This document shows, one piece after another, positions 1 to 9,855 of a stretch of DNA of 10,912 bases; position 1 is the stretch's first letter; every line of letters begins with the position of its first letter. Below the pieces are notes generated by a model. It ran no database searches. It had not been told where the DNA came from and saw only the letters and a list, made by a program, of their open reading frames with translations. Made by a program: the position numbers and the translations under genes. The stretch lies in the NCBI GenBank assembly GCA_043228905.1, contig JBHGNT010001215.1, forward strand, positions 1 through 10,912. Direction: 5' to 3'. Origin of the DNA: Azolla caroliniana. Lineage: Eukaryota; Plantae; Polypodiophyta.

Positions 1-147
1 AGTCGGTAGGTGTATTGCCGGCTTGGTCGAGTTCAATTGTTTGTCGAATCTCTGATTCGGCCCGGTGAAAAGCTGCACTTAAATAAGTGAAATTTTGCAC
101 CCTTTGAATTTCCATCCTCGACATTTACAACAAAATTATCACCAACA
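1..147. mobile_element. Possible terminal part of an LTR cut by the window edge
   Basis: Ends in ...TCACCAACA at 147 (TGTTGGTGA on the minus strand), like the TGTTG/CAACA termini of the other LTRs here. Bases 1-120 are CpG-rich relative to the DNA to the right. The second terminus and TSD are not visible. Confidence 0.3.
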
Positions 148-1256
148 TATACAACATCACTCAAAGTGTCTCCAAAACCTCGATACGTGAATGATTGGTT
201 ATTATTTTCCTACTTTGCGTTAGTTAATTCCTTGTCCATTAATGTATGGTACACCCAAATGTGTGTGTTTGGACACTACATCCAATCTACCTATACTCTG
301 ATAACAAAAACGTGTAAATTCTCTAACTGTAATATAATGACCATCATTCACAGAATAACCATGAACAAAGTTCAGAGATCATATCTCAAGGGTTTCGTAA
401 AAATCCCAAGTCTTTTCCCTATTTACTTTGTGTAGCCTCATTTCCTAAAATACTCATTTAATATCTCAAACTTGTCAAGAGTAAACAATGATACTCTACT
501 ACATGAGCAACACAATTCATACGCATACCATCAACATTTAGTTATTCAAGGGTAAGTGCTTGCTTTACTGTTGCACCTGCTCCATCATGTTTACCTTTTT
601 CATGGCCAAACTCAAAAAAGTTCCACATTATCTCCCCTCTTGTAACACGACTCTTTTGGACTACACCCAATGTTGTGTAACCTCTAGATGTTGATCTAAT
701 AATCATTTTCAATGTAATTTAAAACAATGTTAGACAAACAATGTGTCATGCTTCTTATCATTACATTATAGAAATTAATTACTTTATTTACATAATGTTA
801 GACTCGATAAAAAGTTATATAAACAAAATTGTTATGTGTCTTGACCATCAATGCATGGATTGAATTTCATTTTTCTCTTTGAAAGTATATTTTTTTGCAA
901 AGATTACTATTGACATGGCTATGTCACTTGGGAAATTAGATATGCTAGACTTGAATTGATTGGTTTAAAAAACTTTCTTACTAGCCTTTAAAAGTTGCCC
1001 CACATTTTCCAACAACTTAACATGGATTAAAATTTTCTTACATCTTTTTTGGACATCATATAAATCTAGATCAAGTATCACATTTTTTACATATACCAAT
1101 GATGCACTTGTAATTATCATATGGAAGATAATCTCAAAATCCTCTAGGACATAATACTGAATCTAAAAGCCCAATCATTGATGTGTAAGCATGTCCTATT
1201 GAATTACATTTTTTTACATTGTTTAATTGACAAATTGGACATTTACAAGTGCATAA

Positions 1257-1537
1257 TGTTGAGAATCGACCAACCACAACCGGTTTCATGTATGCGTTCG
1301 GGTGCACAAAATACTCAATAGATAGTACACAGACAGAATAACGAAAAATGCAGAAAACGAGAATCGAGATACAGAGACACAAGATTTACCGTGGAAACCC
1401 AAATTGGGAAAAACCACCTGGAGTCCACAAACTCCAAAACATATCGCTATATGTGGAGAGGAAGTACAATAAGAAACTTAGAGGCAACGACCTCGAGATC
1501 TTCTTCGTCAACAAACAGTTGCACAGTTACACTCTAA

Positions 1538-1580
<43 letters not shown>

Positions 1581-1855
1581 TTGTTATATCACAGAGGCAA
1601 CTACCTCATTCTAACTTTTTAACAAAAACGATCAACTACTTTTTTCTCTCTACAACATAAAGTTTGCCCTAGTTGTATATATACTCATACAACTTTATGG
1701 CTATTTACATACATAGCCCACATGGAGCACATTTCAACTATTTACAAATATAGTCTCCTGAGTTGGCTATATCCTCGATTTCGATTTCGGCCTCGACCGA
1801 GTTACTCATCGACTCGACTCTTCTCTTTCCATCCGGAGGGACTTGTTTCCCAACA
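1257..1855 (-). mobile_element. Solo LTR, copia-like (599 bp), no matching TSD
   Basis: The minus strand reads TGTTGGGAA...TTCTCAACA. It has TATATATA at 1676-1683 and U5-type motifs GTGGTTTTTCC and GGTTTCCACGGTAAATC. 1737-1770 matches 3583-3616 at 33/34 nt in reverse complement. No PBS or PPT adjoins it; the flanks are CATAA and AACTA. Confidence 0.85.
1540..1577. repeat. (CA)19 microsatellite inside the solo LTR
   Basis: Directly visible perfect dinucleotide run. Confidence 0.97.
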
Positions 1856-2164
1856 AACTACATCCTAAACTGAGGATCTATGATGATGGAATAGGTTAAT
1901 TGAATCCTTAAGAGAACACCTTATATGTAATAAATATCTGTAAATCGGTTCTGCATGTGTTTCACCAAAAATGGTTTGACAGACTCGTATCTTTGTAGTG
2001 GAACTTTGATTTTTAGATGCATTCGCTTAAACCTAATAAATAAATCAACCTTCACTACCCTTATTTGTGGTTTTCATAGGTCATCAAGGCTAGAGCCATT
2101 GCAATGTTTTTAGCCTAACCATTTTGTCATGTATGCAAAATTATATTAATGAAGAATATTTTTT

Positions 2165-2200
2165 AGAAAAAAGAAAAGAAAAGAAAAGAAAAGAAAAAAG
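2165..2200 (+). repeat. (AAAAG)n A-rich simple repeat, possibly an old retroposon tail
   Basis: AGAAAAAAGAAAAGAAAAGAAAAGAAAAGAAAAAAG, preceded by TTAATGAAG. Confidence 0.85.
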
Positions 2201-2244
2201 GATTACGTAAGTTCAAAGTAAACGTTATTGATCTTAGCTTATTA

Positions 2245-2260
2245 GCTAATGTTCCTTTTT
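2245..2260. repeat. LINE target-site duplication, left copy
   Basis: GCTAATGTTCCTTTTT is identical to 2868-2883 (17 bp if the next A is counted). Confidence 0.93.
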
Positions 2261-2867
2261 ATTTTATTTTATTCCAAAACATTACTACTTCCATTAGTTA
2301 AGAAAAAGTACATAGGATAATATACAACTCATATGTTACAAGCCAATTTGCATGGCTACAAGAAACAACATGTATAAATGAAGCAACAAAGACTCAACAA
2401 AGTATTACTCGAAAGAATCCCCTCAACATGAGCCTCACACAACCCACATTCAGCAAAGACATCCTCCAATCTCGTCACAATTCAACACCCACCTCTATGT
2501 TTGATACCCTTGGAGGAAACAACCATCGGGGTGGCTGATAAATCCACTTTGCATTGCCATCCACCATCTGTAGCATCGGAGAACCTCTCCATTTTAGAAG
2601 GGAGCAGTATCTAGCTTCTTCACTTGCGTTAGAGGGCCCCTGAAGGCTGTCAAACTTTCCTTGTAGCATAGAAATCAAATTAAACCAAACCATCATTAAA
2701 CTCTCAGCCGATGGGGTTCGCTTCCGGGTAAACGACTCCTTGCACCTAGATACCCACACTTCCCAAACAGTAAGGCCAGCCACTAAAAAACCAAATATCT
2801 ACGTACCGTTCCTATATGTAAAATGAACCTCCTTGACTTGAAGTTTGTACAGTTCCATTCACCACCT
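2261..2867 (-). mobile_element. 5'-truncated L1-type LINE (ORF2 C-terminus, 3' UTR, (TAAAA)n tail)
   Basis: Flanked by the direct repeat GCTAATGTTCCTTTTT at 2245-2260 and 2868-2883. The minus-strand 3' end is AATAAAATAAAAT running into the TSD A-run. The target reads TT|AAAAA on the minus strand. It encodes a WxxWxxRC...F motif. Confidence 0.9.
2475..2867 (-). pseudogene. C-terminal fragment of LINE ORF2
   Basis: ORF 2783-2475 (AGLTVWEVWVSRCKESF...WIYQPPRWLFPP) fits the WxxWxxRN/C...F motif of plant L1 ORF2 C-termini. The upstream part needs a frameshift near the A-run at 2785-2790. Confidence 0.75.
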
Positions 2868-2883
2868 GCTAATGTTCCTTTTT
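2868..2883. repeat. LINE target-site duplication, right copy
   Basis: Identical to 2245-2260. Confidence 0.93.
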
Positions 2884-2884
2884 A

Positions 2885-3363
2885 ATCTTTAGTTAAATGT
2901 CAATGAATAGTTTATTGACCTTCGCTTGTTGGTTAGCTCATAATACCCATTACTATTTGTGTTAATTGTTAACCCTTAGTTATCTACTACCTAATTTGTT
3001 ATTTAATTTGCAACTAATCAATTTGTTAATTAAAACTAATTAGATATTTAATGCTAATAGTGTGTAATAGCTAATATAGCTAATGATGTTAGCTTATTAG
3101 CTATGAGCTACAAACACACATACACACACACACATCAAGTGAATTAGCTCTACCTAATAGCTAATATAGTTATTTAATAGTAGAGAGTGATATTAACTCA
3201 TTCATCATTGGTTGTGGATTAACTAATTAGTTATAGCTAAAAGCTTTAAATCTAATGTAAGTATCTTATTAACTATTAGTAGCTAATGTAGTGTGAGTAG
3301 CTTATTATTTATTAGTAGCTAACGATAATACTAAGATAAATAATAACTTGTATTATTAGGGAC
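2885..3363. repeat. TAGCTA/AGCT-rich degenerate repeat tract (continues at 2231-2250 and probably 4032-4080)
   Basis: TAATAGCTAATATAG at 3065-3079 and 3155-3169; TATTAGTAGCTAA at 3274-3286 and 3310-3322; TTAGCTTATTAGCTA at 2234-2248 and 3089-3103. Confidence 0.65.
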
Positions 3364-3368
3364 CATAA

Positions 3369-4026
3369 TGTTGGGAATATGTCCCTCTAGTGGGAGGATG
3401 ATCCGATTGTTCGGAAAGCCGACATGCGAAGAGTCGGAAAACAGTGAGTCGATTGTTTGAGAATTCGACTATTATTATTATGATGATAATAATAATGATG
3501 ATGCTAGGAAACAGGTCTCTCCGGATGAGGAGAGAGAGGAGCCGAGTTGATGAGGCCGAGGCCGAAACCGGAATTGTGTATAATAGCCAACTCGGGAGAC
3601 TATATTTGTAAATAGTCTAAGTGTGCGCCCCATGAGGGCTACGTATGTAAATAGACGGAAGTTGCGTAAGTATATATACAACTAGGACAAACTTTTAGAG
3701 TGTGATGAACAGAGTTAGAACTGCAGAAGTAGTACGACTGAGAGAGAGAGAGAGAGAAGCGAGAGCCGCGCCATAGCTATGTGTGTAACAGCAGACACGA
3801 AGAGCCCTGTGCGGCTGATACACTCAACAGAGTGTTGTAATCATCTCTGTGTTGTATATCCACTATTTGTATAGTGAAGTTCTATTCCCGTGGTTTTCCC
3901 CGTTTCAAGGTTTCCACGTAAATCTCTGTGTACATCTGTTTATCTTGCCTTGTCTGGTAGATTTGTGATTCGTATTTCAGCGCATTATTTGTCTATTGTG
4001 ATTGATTTTGCGACGATTTCTCAACA
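3369..4026 (+). mobile_element. Solo LTR, copia-like (658 bp), 5-bp TSD CATAA
   Basis: TGTTGGGAA...TTCTCAACA termini; CATAA at 3364-3368 and 4027-4031; TATATATA at 3671-3678; motifs GTGGTTTTCC and GGTTTCCACGTAAATC; homologous to 1257-1855. Confidence 0.93.
3740..3757. repeat. (GA)9 microsatellite inside the solo LTR
   Basis: Directly visible. Confidence 0.9.
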
Positions 4027-4723
4027 CATAACTATTAGTCATCGATCATCTAATTAGTTGTGGCTAATATTATAATTCTAACACCTAGAAATATTAATGG
4101 TGGATGATTCTTGGATGTAGAGAGAATAGAGCATGGTTGAGAGAATGACAACAGCCCAAGCAACAATGGGAGGGTCTCGTGAATCGCTTCTCAATTTTCA
4201 ACCTGTTGTGGGGATGATGAGCTTCAATTATCAGAGCAAGAAGAAGTACAGATGAGACAAGAGATCCACTGATTGCAACAAATTTTTTTAATCATACAAA
4301 TTTTAAGTCTCTGGCCAAATTGCCAAGAGTTGAGGCACTTGCAATAGGCTCAATTGTAGGCAAAAATTGGCCGTATTGAAATGTGCAGTTTCTTGGAAGA
4401 GGCTATTACCATGTCGAGTTTCAAGATGAGGCATCTGTCCAGGTATTACTTGCTATGAAATTTCTTGAAATACGAGGAGCATGGGTTAAATTTCAGGAAT
4501 GGAAGCATGGTTTTGATCCCATGAGAGAGACCTGACATGATTTTTTAGTTTTAACTATGAGTTTTCTGGGATTGCCTAAGGAATGTCATCATCTATTGCA
4601 TCAATTGGGGGGGCGTTGTCGTGGAGGACTCGGTAATTAGGAGAAAGATTCGTCAGATGCGTGTGAACAGGGGTGTTCCACCCACACGAAACGGGTCTTA
4701 TGTATAAACTAATTATAAATATT

Positions 4724-4751
4724 GAAGTATTTAGAAGTATTTAGAAGTATT
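4724..4751. repeat. 10-bp tandem repeat (GAAGTATTTA) x2.8
   Basis: Directly visible in the putative U3 of the solo LTR. Confidence 0.9.
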
Positions 4752-5162
4752 AGGTAGAGTGTTTAATAGGTACTTTTAAGATCCCATAAAAAGACAGGAA
4801 TAAAGTGTGTGATGGGAAGAAATCGAGGGGAGGATCACTGACATGAAAATGGTTGTCATAAAGCTAATGTAACCAACGCTCCTTGGGCTACATATAAAAG
4901 CAAGGAAAGAAGACCGTTTTAGGCATTAGTCATTTTGGAGGGAGAAGTGTTATCAGTTTGAGGAGTCTGTCGGTTTTTTGTTCTCTGTGGATTCGGATAG
5001 CTAGGGTGAGGTCCTTCGCATAGGAAGCCTGTATGCTCCCGACCAGAGGCTCACTAACGTGTGTGGGTCTGTCTGAAGAGCTCAAAGCTCTGTTTCCTAG
5101 CTGGCAGGCCATTCTTTGTATTATTTTTCTCGATAGTTAATTATTTCTTTGTTGTATTTGTT

Positions 5163-5165
<3 letters not shown>

Positions 5166-5197
<32 letters not shown>
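5166..5197. repeat. (TG)16 microsatellite inside the solo LTR
   Basis: Directly visible. Confidence 0.97.
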
Positions 5198-5199
<2 letters not shown>

Positions 5200-6454
5200 G
5201 TTTCGACATTGGTATCTCCGTTTGTGTCTGAGGAGGCATTGTTCTCCTCTCCCTCTTTGTTCTACGCATTTCTACCTGAGTCTGTGAGCTCGTGCGCTCC
5301 TTTCTGGAGTCCGATGATAGGGCCGGATTGGTTACAAGATCTCTAAGCCTGTGTGCTCAGTGAAGAACCCTGGCAAACGAGCCAGTTAGGTCATTGCAAG
5401 TGTAGTAGCCTCTCTACCTCCGAGTCCCTAGTCCAAGACCCCCGTGGTCCCACCCGATCCGACACGTACACACGGAAATCCGCGGCACCGTTTAATTGGA
5501 GTTGTATTAGATGCCTATATACATAACAAAGACAGACAAATATTTGGAATACTAGTAATTAAATTATTACGTACTAGAGGAAAACCATTGCCGGCATATG
5601 TGAAATTACATTGTTTGGAATATGGGGGATGTGGAAAGAGACAAAAAAATTTATATGTTGGTTTACCAAATCAATGTTTTTTATGTAAAAGAATGAGATA
5701 TTTAGCTAAGGAATGTTCCTTGTCAAGGAAAGGTCCGATACATGCTGTAAATGATGAGCCACAAATAAGTGTTGGCGGCTCTTGGGTTCATGTTGCCAAA
5801 AGACACATGATAAAAAAGACAAGTCATGATAAATCCAAATGGTAACCTAAGGATAATATATACAATTTGTTAACAAAATTATGTAGAAGATGGACAAACT
5901 CAATTGATGGAAATTTTGGGAAATACAGAAGTACCTGACTATAGGTGTCTTGGCAAGGAGATTGTGGAAGGAATACAATAAAGACCAAATGATCCCAAAC
6001 TTGACGTTCAAGTATATAATAACAAACATCAGGAAGGATGTAGTTGTGAAATGGTTTTATATGCTAAGAATGCTATCATTCCGATAAATGTATCGGAAAC
6101 AATGAATGGACAAGAGATTGTAGGGGAACTACAAACTAAAAATCGAGTAGTTGACATAGGACCCTTGCGTTTGTTTGAAGGGAGGTGGACAAAATCCATG
6201 TCCAAGCACTTGCCAAGGGATCATAATCCTTTCATGAATGATGCTAATGATTGGAGAACTTCCACGAAATCATTAATTGAAAAATTTCAAGAAAGTGATT
6301 GTAAGATTTCCTCTCAAAGAGTACATAAACAAACTAATGCATTTAGTAAAGATTACATAGCTTTTAGAAGAATGATTAAGTCCTAAGATATGTCTCAAGA
6401 AGACAGGAATAGATGTTTGAAAGAAAAAAGATTACTATCTAAATTTGTGTAAAT

Positions 6455-9400
6455 ATGAAGATTATTTCTTGGAATGTTCAGGGTCTTGGGAGATCCTTAT
6501 GTAAACAATATAAACAGAGACTTCAACAAGAGTTGCATAAATGTATAATTGGGCAAGTGGAGATAATGATGTTACAAGAACATAATCTAAATGAAAGGCA
6601 TACTAAATTCTATGGTTCATTATTGCATGGAAATTGGGAAATGTTGTGGGTTCCAACATATGGAACAACACAACTTCAAGGTGGATTATGTATGGCTATT
6701 CATGATATATGGCAAGTAAAGATGTTGGATGTAGGAAATTTGTTGCTAGGAAGAGCGCAATATGTAATCATGAAATTTCATAATAAAAAAGGTTGGCTTT
6801 CTGAATTTGTATGCTCCTAATTATTCTAGACAACTATTAAAGATGTGGATTGAGTTGGATAGTTCATTGCTAGTTGTAGATCATTGGTGTGTAGCAGGAG
6901 ACTTTAATATGATTGAGGATCCTAAGGATAGGAGTGGTGAAGGTGGAGTAACACTGCATGGTTTAGAATTATCAACATGAGAAAAATTTACTATAAGTAG
7001 AAGGTTGTTGGATGTTTGACATTTACTATCCTTTGGAAAATTGCATAATTCTTTAAAGTTTTCTAGGTTTGATAGAAGATTAAATGGGGCAAATTTGTCA
7101 AGAATTCATAGGATTTATGTTGAGGATTTATTTGTGGAGATAGGAGGGAGTGTTGACATTTATCTAGGTACGACTTTCTCCGATCATGCCCCAGTTGTGT
7201 TACAAGTTAATGATGGGAAAAAACGTAAGCAACAAGGGAGAATAAGTATTCCACCTGAATTGTTTACAAAACCTATAATTACTGAACAAGTTATGTATAT
7301 ATGGAGACAACCTTTATTGCAAACTGGAAATGTGGAAGATAATGTGGCCTTGGCAATGTTACATATTAGTAGTTTCTTAATCTCTTGGGCTCAAGGGAAA
7401 AGGGAAAGATATACACAGAAAATTATCAGTATGCACCGTGCCTTGACATCGATGCAACATTTTCAAGAAAGGGATCCATTGTGTGAATGGACGGGAAATG
7501 CTTTACATAATGTGAAATGGGAATTAAGAAATATTGAGGACAACATTTTACAACTTCAATATCAAGCTTCTGCGTCAAAATGGACACAAGTAGGTGACAG
7601 AGTAAACAAAATGTTTTTTTCCCAAATTGCACCGAAATGGTCGGCAATAGGGATTAAATAACTGAGGAGAGAAGATGGCTCCTTAACAGAAGATGAGTCA
7701 TAAATTGTAAAAATTGCTACTAGTTACTATACTAAATTGTTGTCCATTGGAGTTGTTACCGAATCTGTTCACACAAGTAGGAAATGTGTGTGGGACAAAA
7801 TTAAGCCTAAAATCACAAACGAAATGAAGATTGCATTACTGAAGCACTTTGGCATTATGGAAATACATAATGCAATTAGAGCTTTAAGTCTTATGTCTTG
7901 TCCACGAGAGGATGGAATTACTGCACATTTTTTCCTCAAATATTGGGAATATATTGGGGAAGACTTAATGAAAGCTCAAAGAATTTTTTACACTGGGTAT
8001 ATGCCTCATATATAGTATGGCAGTTGGCTTGATTTATTTAATACCTAAGGGTGAAGGTATATAAGATGATATTAGAAAATGAAGACCAATAACTTTGCTA
8101 AATACAATATATAAAATCTTCGGAAAAACATTGTCATTGAGAGTGCAACCCTTCTTACATTATTTGATTCATATCACCCAAACAGGTTTTATTTAGGAAA
8201 GAAGTATACTGGATAATTTGTTCTTTTTTTGGGAAGCCATTGCCTTGGCTCGTAAAAAACAGAGGATTTAGTGATTTTGTTACTTGACTTTGAAAAAGCA
8301 TATGGTCGAGCTGATTGGGAGTTCCTTCATGGTACTATTGTAAGACTGGGTTTTCCGGAGAAATGGGTGATAGGAATGTCTTCTTTGTACAATTTAGCGT
8401 ACAATTTTGTTTTGGCAGGAGGGGTTAAAGGCGATGGGTTAAAAATTTCCCGAAGTGTATGACAAGGTTGCCCACTTGCACCATATTTATCTTTGTTTTT
8501 TGTTGAAGCGATGAGTTTGTTTTTGACTATTGAAGAGGTTGCATTGAAAGGAATAACAATGCCCCTTGATGGGACAAATGTTGTCAATGTAGAATTTGTT
8601 GATGATACAAGTTTGTATCTAGATGGTCAGATTAATAATTTGAAGAAAATGTACACAATAGTGCGAACATTTTGTATGGTTTCAGGTGCATCAATTAGTT
8701 GGAATAAATCAGTGGGGTTTTGGGCGTTGTCGAATTCCACAACTCCACAATGGAGTCCTCATCCAGATTTCCAATGGATTCCCAAGGGCACTTCAATTAG
8801 ATATTTGGGATGCCAAGTAGGTTTGAATATTTCTTCAAAAATTCAGGTTGCTTCTTTGCTATGGAAAATTAGGAAAAAACTTTTGTTTTGGAGTAAAGCT
8901 AAACTATCATTTGCGGGTAGAGTGATAGTTGTTAATCAAGTTCTGTTGTCTAGCCTATGATATATTATGTCATGTTGGAGTTTTTCCAATCATACATGGG
9001 ACAAACACAAAGATTGATCCAGAATTAGTTGTGGTTTGGTAATGATGGAAGCCATGCCAGGGCAAAGGTCTCTTGGTTCACGATTGTTAAGCCATTGGAT
9101 CGGGGTGGATTAGGGATTGTAGATACATTACAATAGTCCAAAGCTTTGACTGCAAAATTGGTGATTCGAGGATTGTTGCTAGGATTAGAACCTTGGAAAC
9201 AATTGTTGTTATATGAATCGCAAAAGTTTTGTCCCAAAACTGATGGGGATTGGAGGCCTAGTTTTAGATGGGCTTTTATGGAACATAACAAGTTGACTAT
9301 TGCCAGAAATTGGGAATACATATTTGTGCGATGTGTTCTTAATGCATGGAAAGGTGTTTCTCTTGATTTAGTTAAGAGATTGCCAAGAATAGAATCTGAA

Positions 9401-9785
9401 TTCTATAGACAACCCCTGATTTGGAATTCATGGTTAACTGACTAGAGAGGATTGATGTTGGGGAGGCTAGGGCAAAATTAGATGGTGGCCCAACACAATC
9501 TATAGGTGCATGGACAACATTTCTGTCTAAACCTATAGATAAACAAATGTTACTAATTAGTAATATAAGGGGTGGGAAGATAATGTATTATGTAATACAA
9601 AAACCCTTTCTAATATTTAGATGCAAAGTGGATCTGCTACACAGAAGTGAATGGTTTTATTTACTCCATTGGATGTTTTAATTGGAGTTAATGCCTATAT
9701 TGGGGAACAAGAGTGTATGATTTTTTATGTAGAAGATGATGGTAGGTTAATCTTTACACATAAGGAAAATAATTTGTTTAGGTTT
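6455..9785 (+). pseudogene. LINE ORF2 remnant: APE-type endonuclease plus reverse transcriptase
   Basis: EN motifs: MKIISWNVQGL, LQEH, NLYAPN (after a frameshift at the A-run 6785-6790), AGDFN, SRIHRIY, FSDHAPV. RT motifs: CPREDG, LIPK, *RPITLLNTIYKI, QTGFI, LLLDFEKAY, V*QGCPLAPYL, FVDD (8595-8606), ISWNKS, YLG, LSFAGR, KVSW...RGGLGI. Confidence 0.96.
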
Positions 9786-9800
9786 TGTCATGATATGGCA

Positions 9801-9855
9801 AGACTCGAACCCATGACCTTAGGTTATATGGGTCGAGCTCTTGACCATTAGACCA
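9801..9855 (-). promoter_or_regulatory. tRNA-like Pol III internal promoter (A box plus B box), antisense in U3
   Basis: Minus strand: TGGTCTAATGG (9855-9845), then 33 nt, then GGTTCGAGTCT (9811-9801). This is tRNA-like spacing, but the cloverleaf stems are degenerate. Confidence 0.65.

Larger units (their letters stand above)
4617..5487 (+). mobile_element. Solo LTR of a third family (871 bp), apparent 4-bp TSD GCGT/CCGT
   Basis: TGTCGTGGA...TCCGCGGCA termini (7/9 inverted match, both mismatches are transitions); TATAAAA at 4893-4899; it cleanly interrupts LINE ORF1. Strand is inferred from the TATA box. Confidence 0.85.
4097..6452 (+). pseudogene. LINE ORF1 remnant (DUF4283/RRM-like region plus CCHC knuckle), split by the LTR at 4617-5487
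   Basis: Manual translation of ~4382-4616 gives VQFLGRGYYHVEFQDEASVQVLLAMKFLEIRGAWVKFQEWKHGFDP...FLGLPKECHHLLHQLGGR. It resumes at 5492 as LIGVVLD...YVGLPNQCFLCKRMRYLAKEC (CX2CX4HX4C with H>Y). The start (ATG 4097) and end (TAA 6450-6452) are inferred. Confidence 0.8.
4097..9785 (+). mobile_element. Decayed L1-clade LINE, interrupted by a solo LTR and a gypsy element
   Basis: Collinear ORF1 (RRM/DUF4283-like region plus zinc knuckle) and ORF2 (APE endonuclease plus RT) remnants with many stops and frameshifts. The true 5' end is not defined and the 3' end is expected beyond the gypsy insertion. Confidence 0.93.

Noticed and set aside
250-680. Weak direct repeat TACACCCAA(A)TG at ~250 and ~662
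   Set aside because: Short and imperfect, with no element boundaries associated.
166-1614. ORFs 166-435, 1134-1382 and 1348-1614 as host genes
   Set aside because: No recognisable domains. Two overlap the solo LTR, and the THTHTH run is the (CA)n repeat.
148-2200. An old plus-strand LINE 3' end terminating in the (AAAAG)n tract
   Set aside because: The tail is suggestive, but I could not recover convincing ORF2 motifs or a TSD. A profile search would be needed.
2885-3363. CRISPR-like repeat-spacer array
   Set aside because: The repeats are short, irregularly spaced and in both orientations, in a eukaryotic transposon context with no cas genes.
1257-4026. The two related LTRs as the ends of one element or a TIR transposon
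   Set aside because: They are inverted and only patchily similar, the right one has its own TSD, and no gag-pol or transposase lies between them.
3478-5346. ORFs 3478-3681, 4930-5112 and 5149-5346
   Set aside because: All lie inside solo LTRs; the CVCVCV run is the (TG)n repeat.
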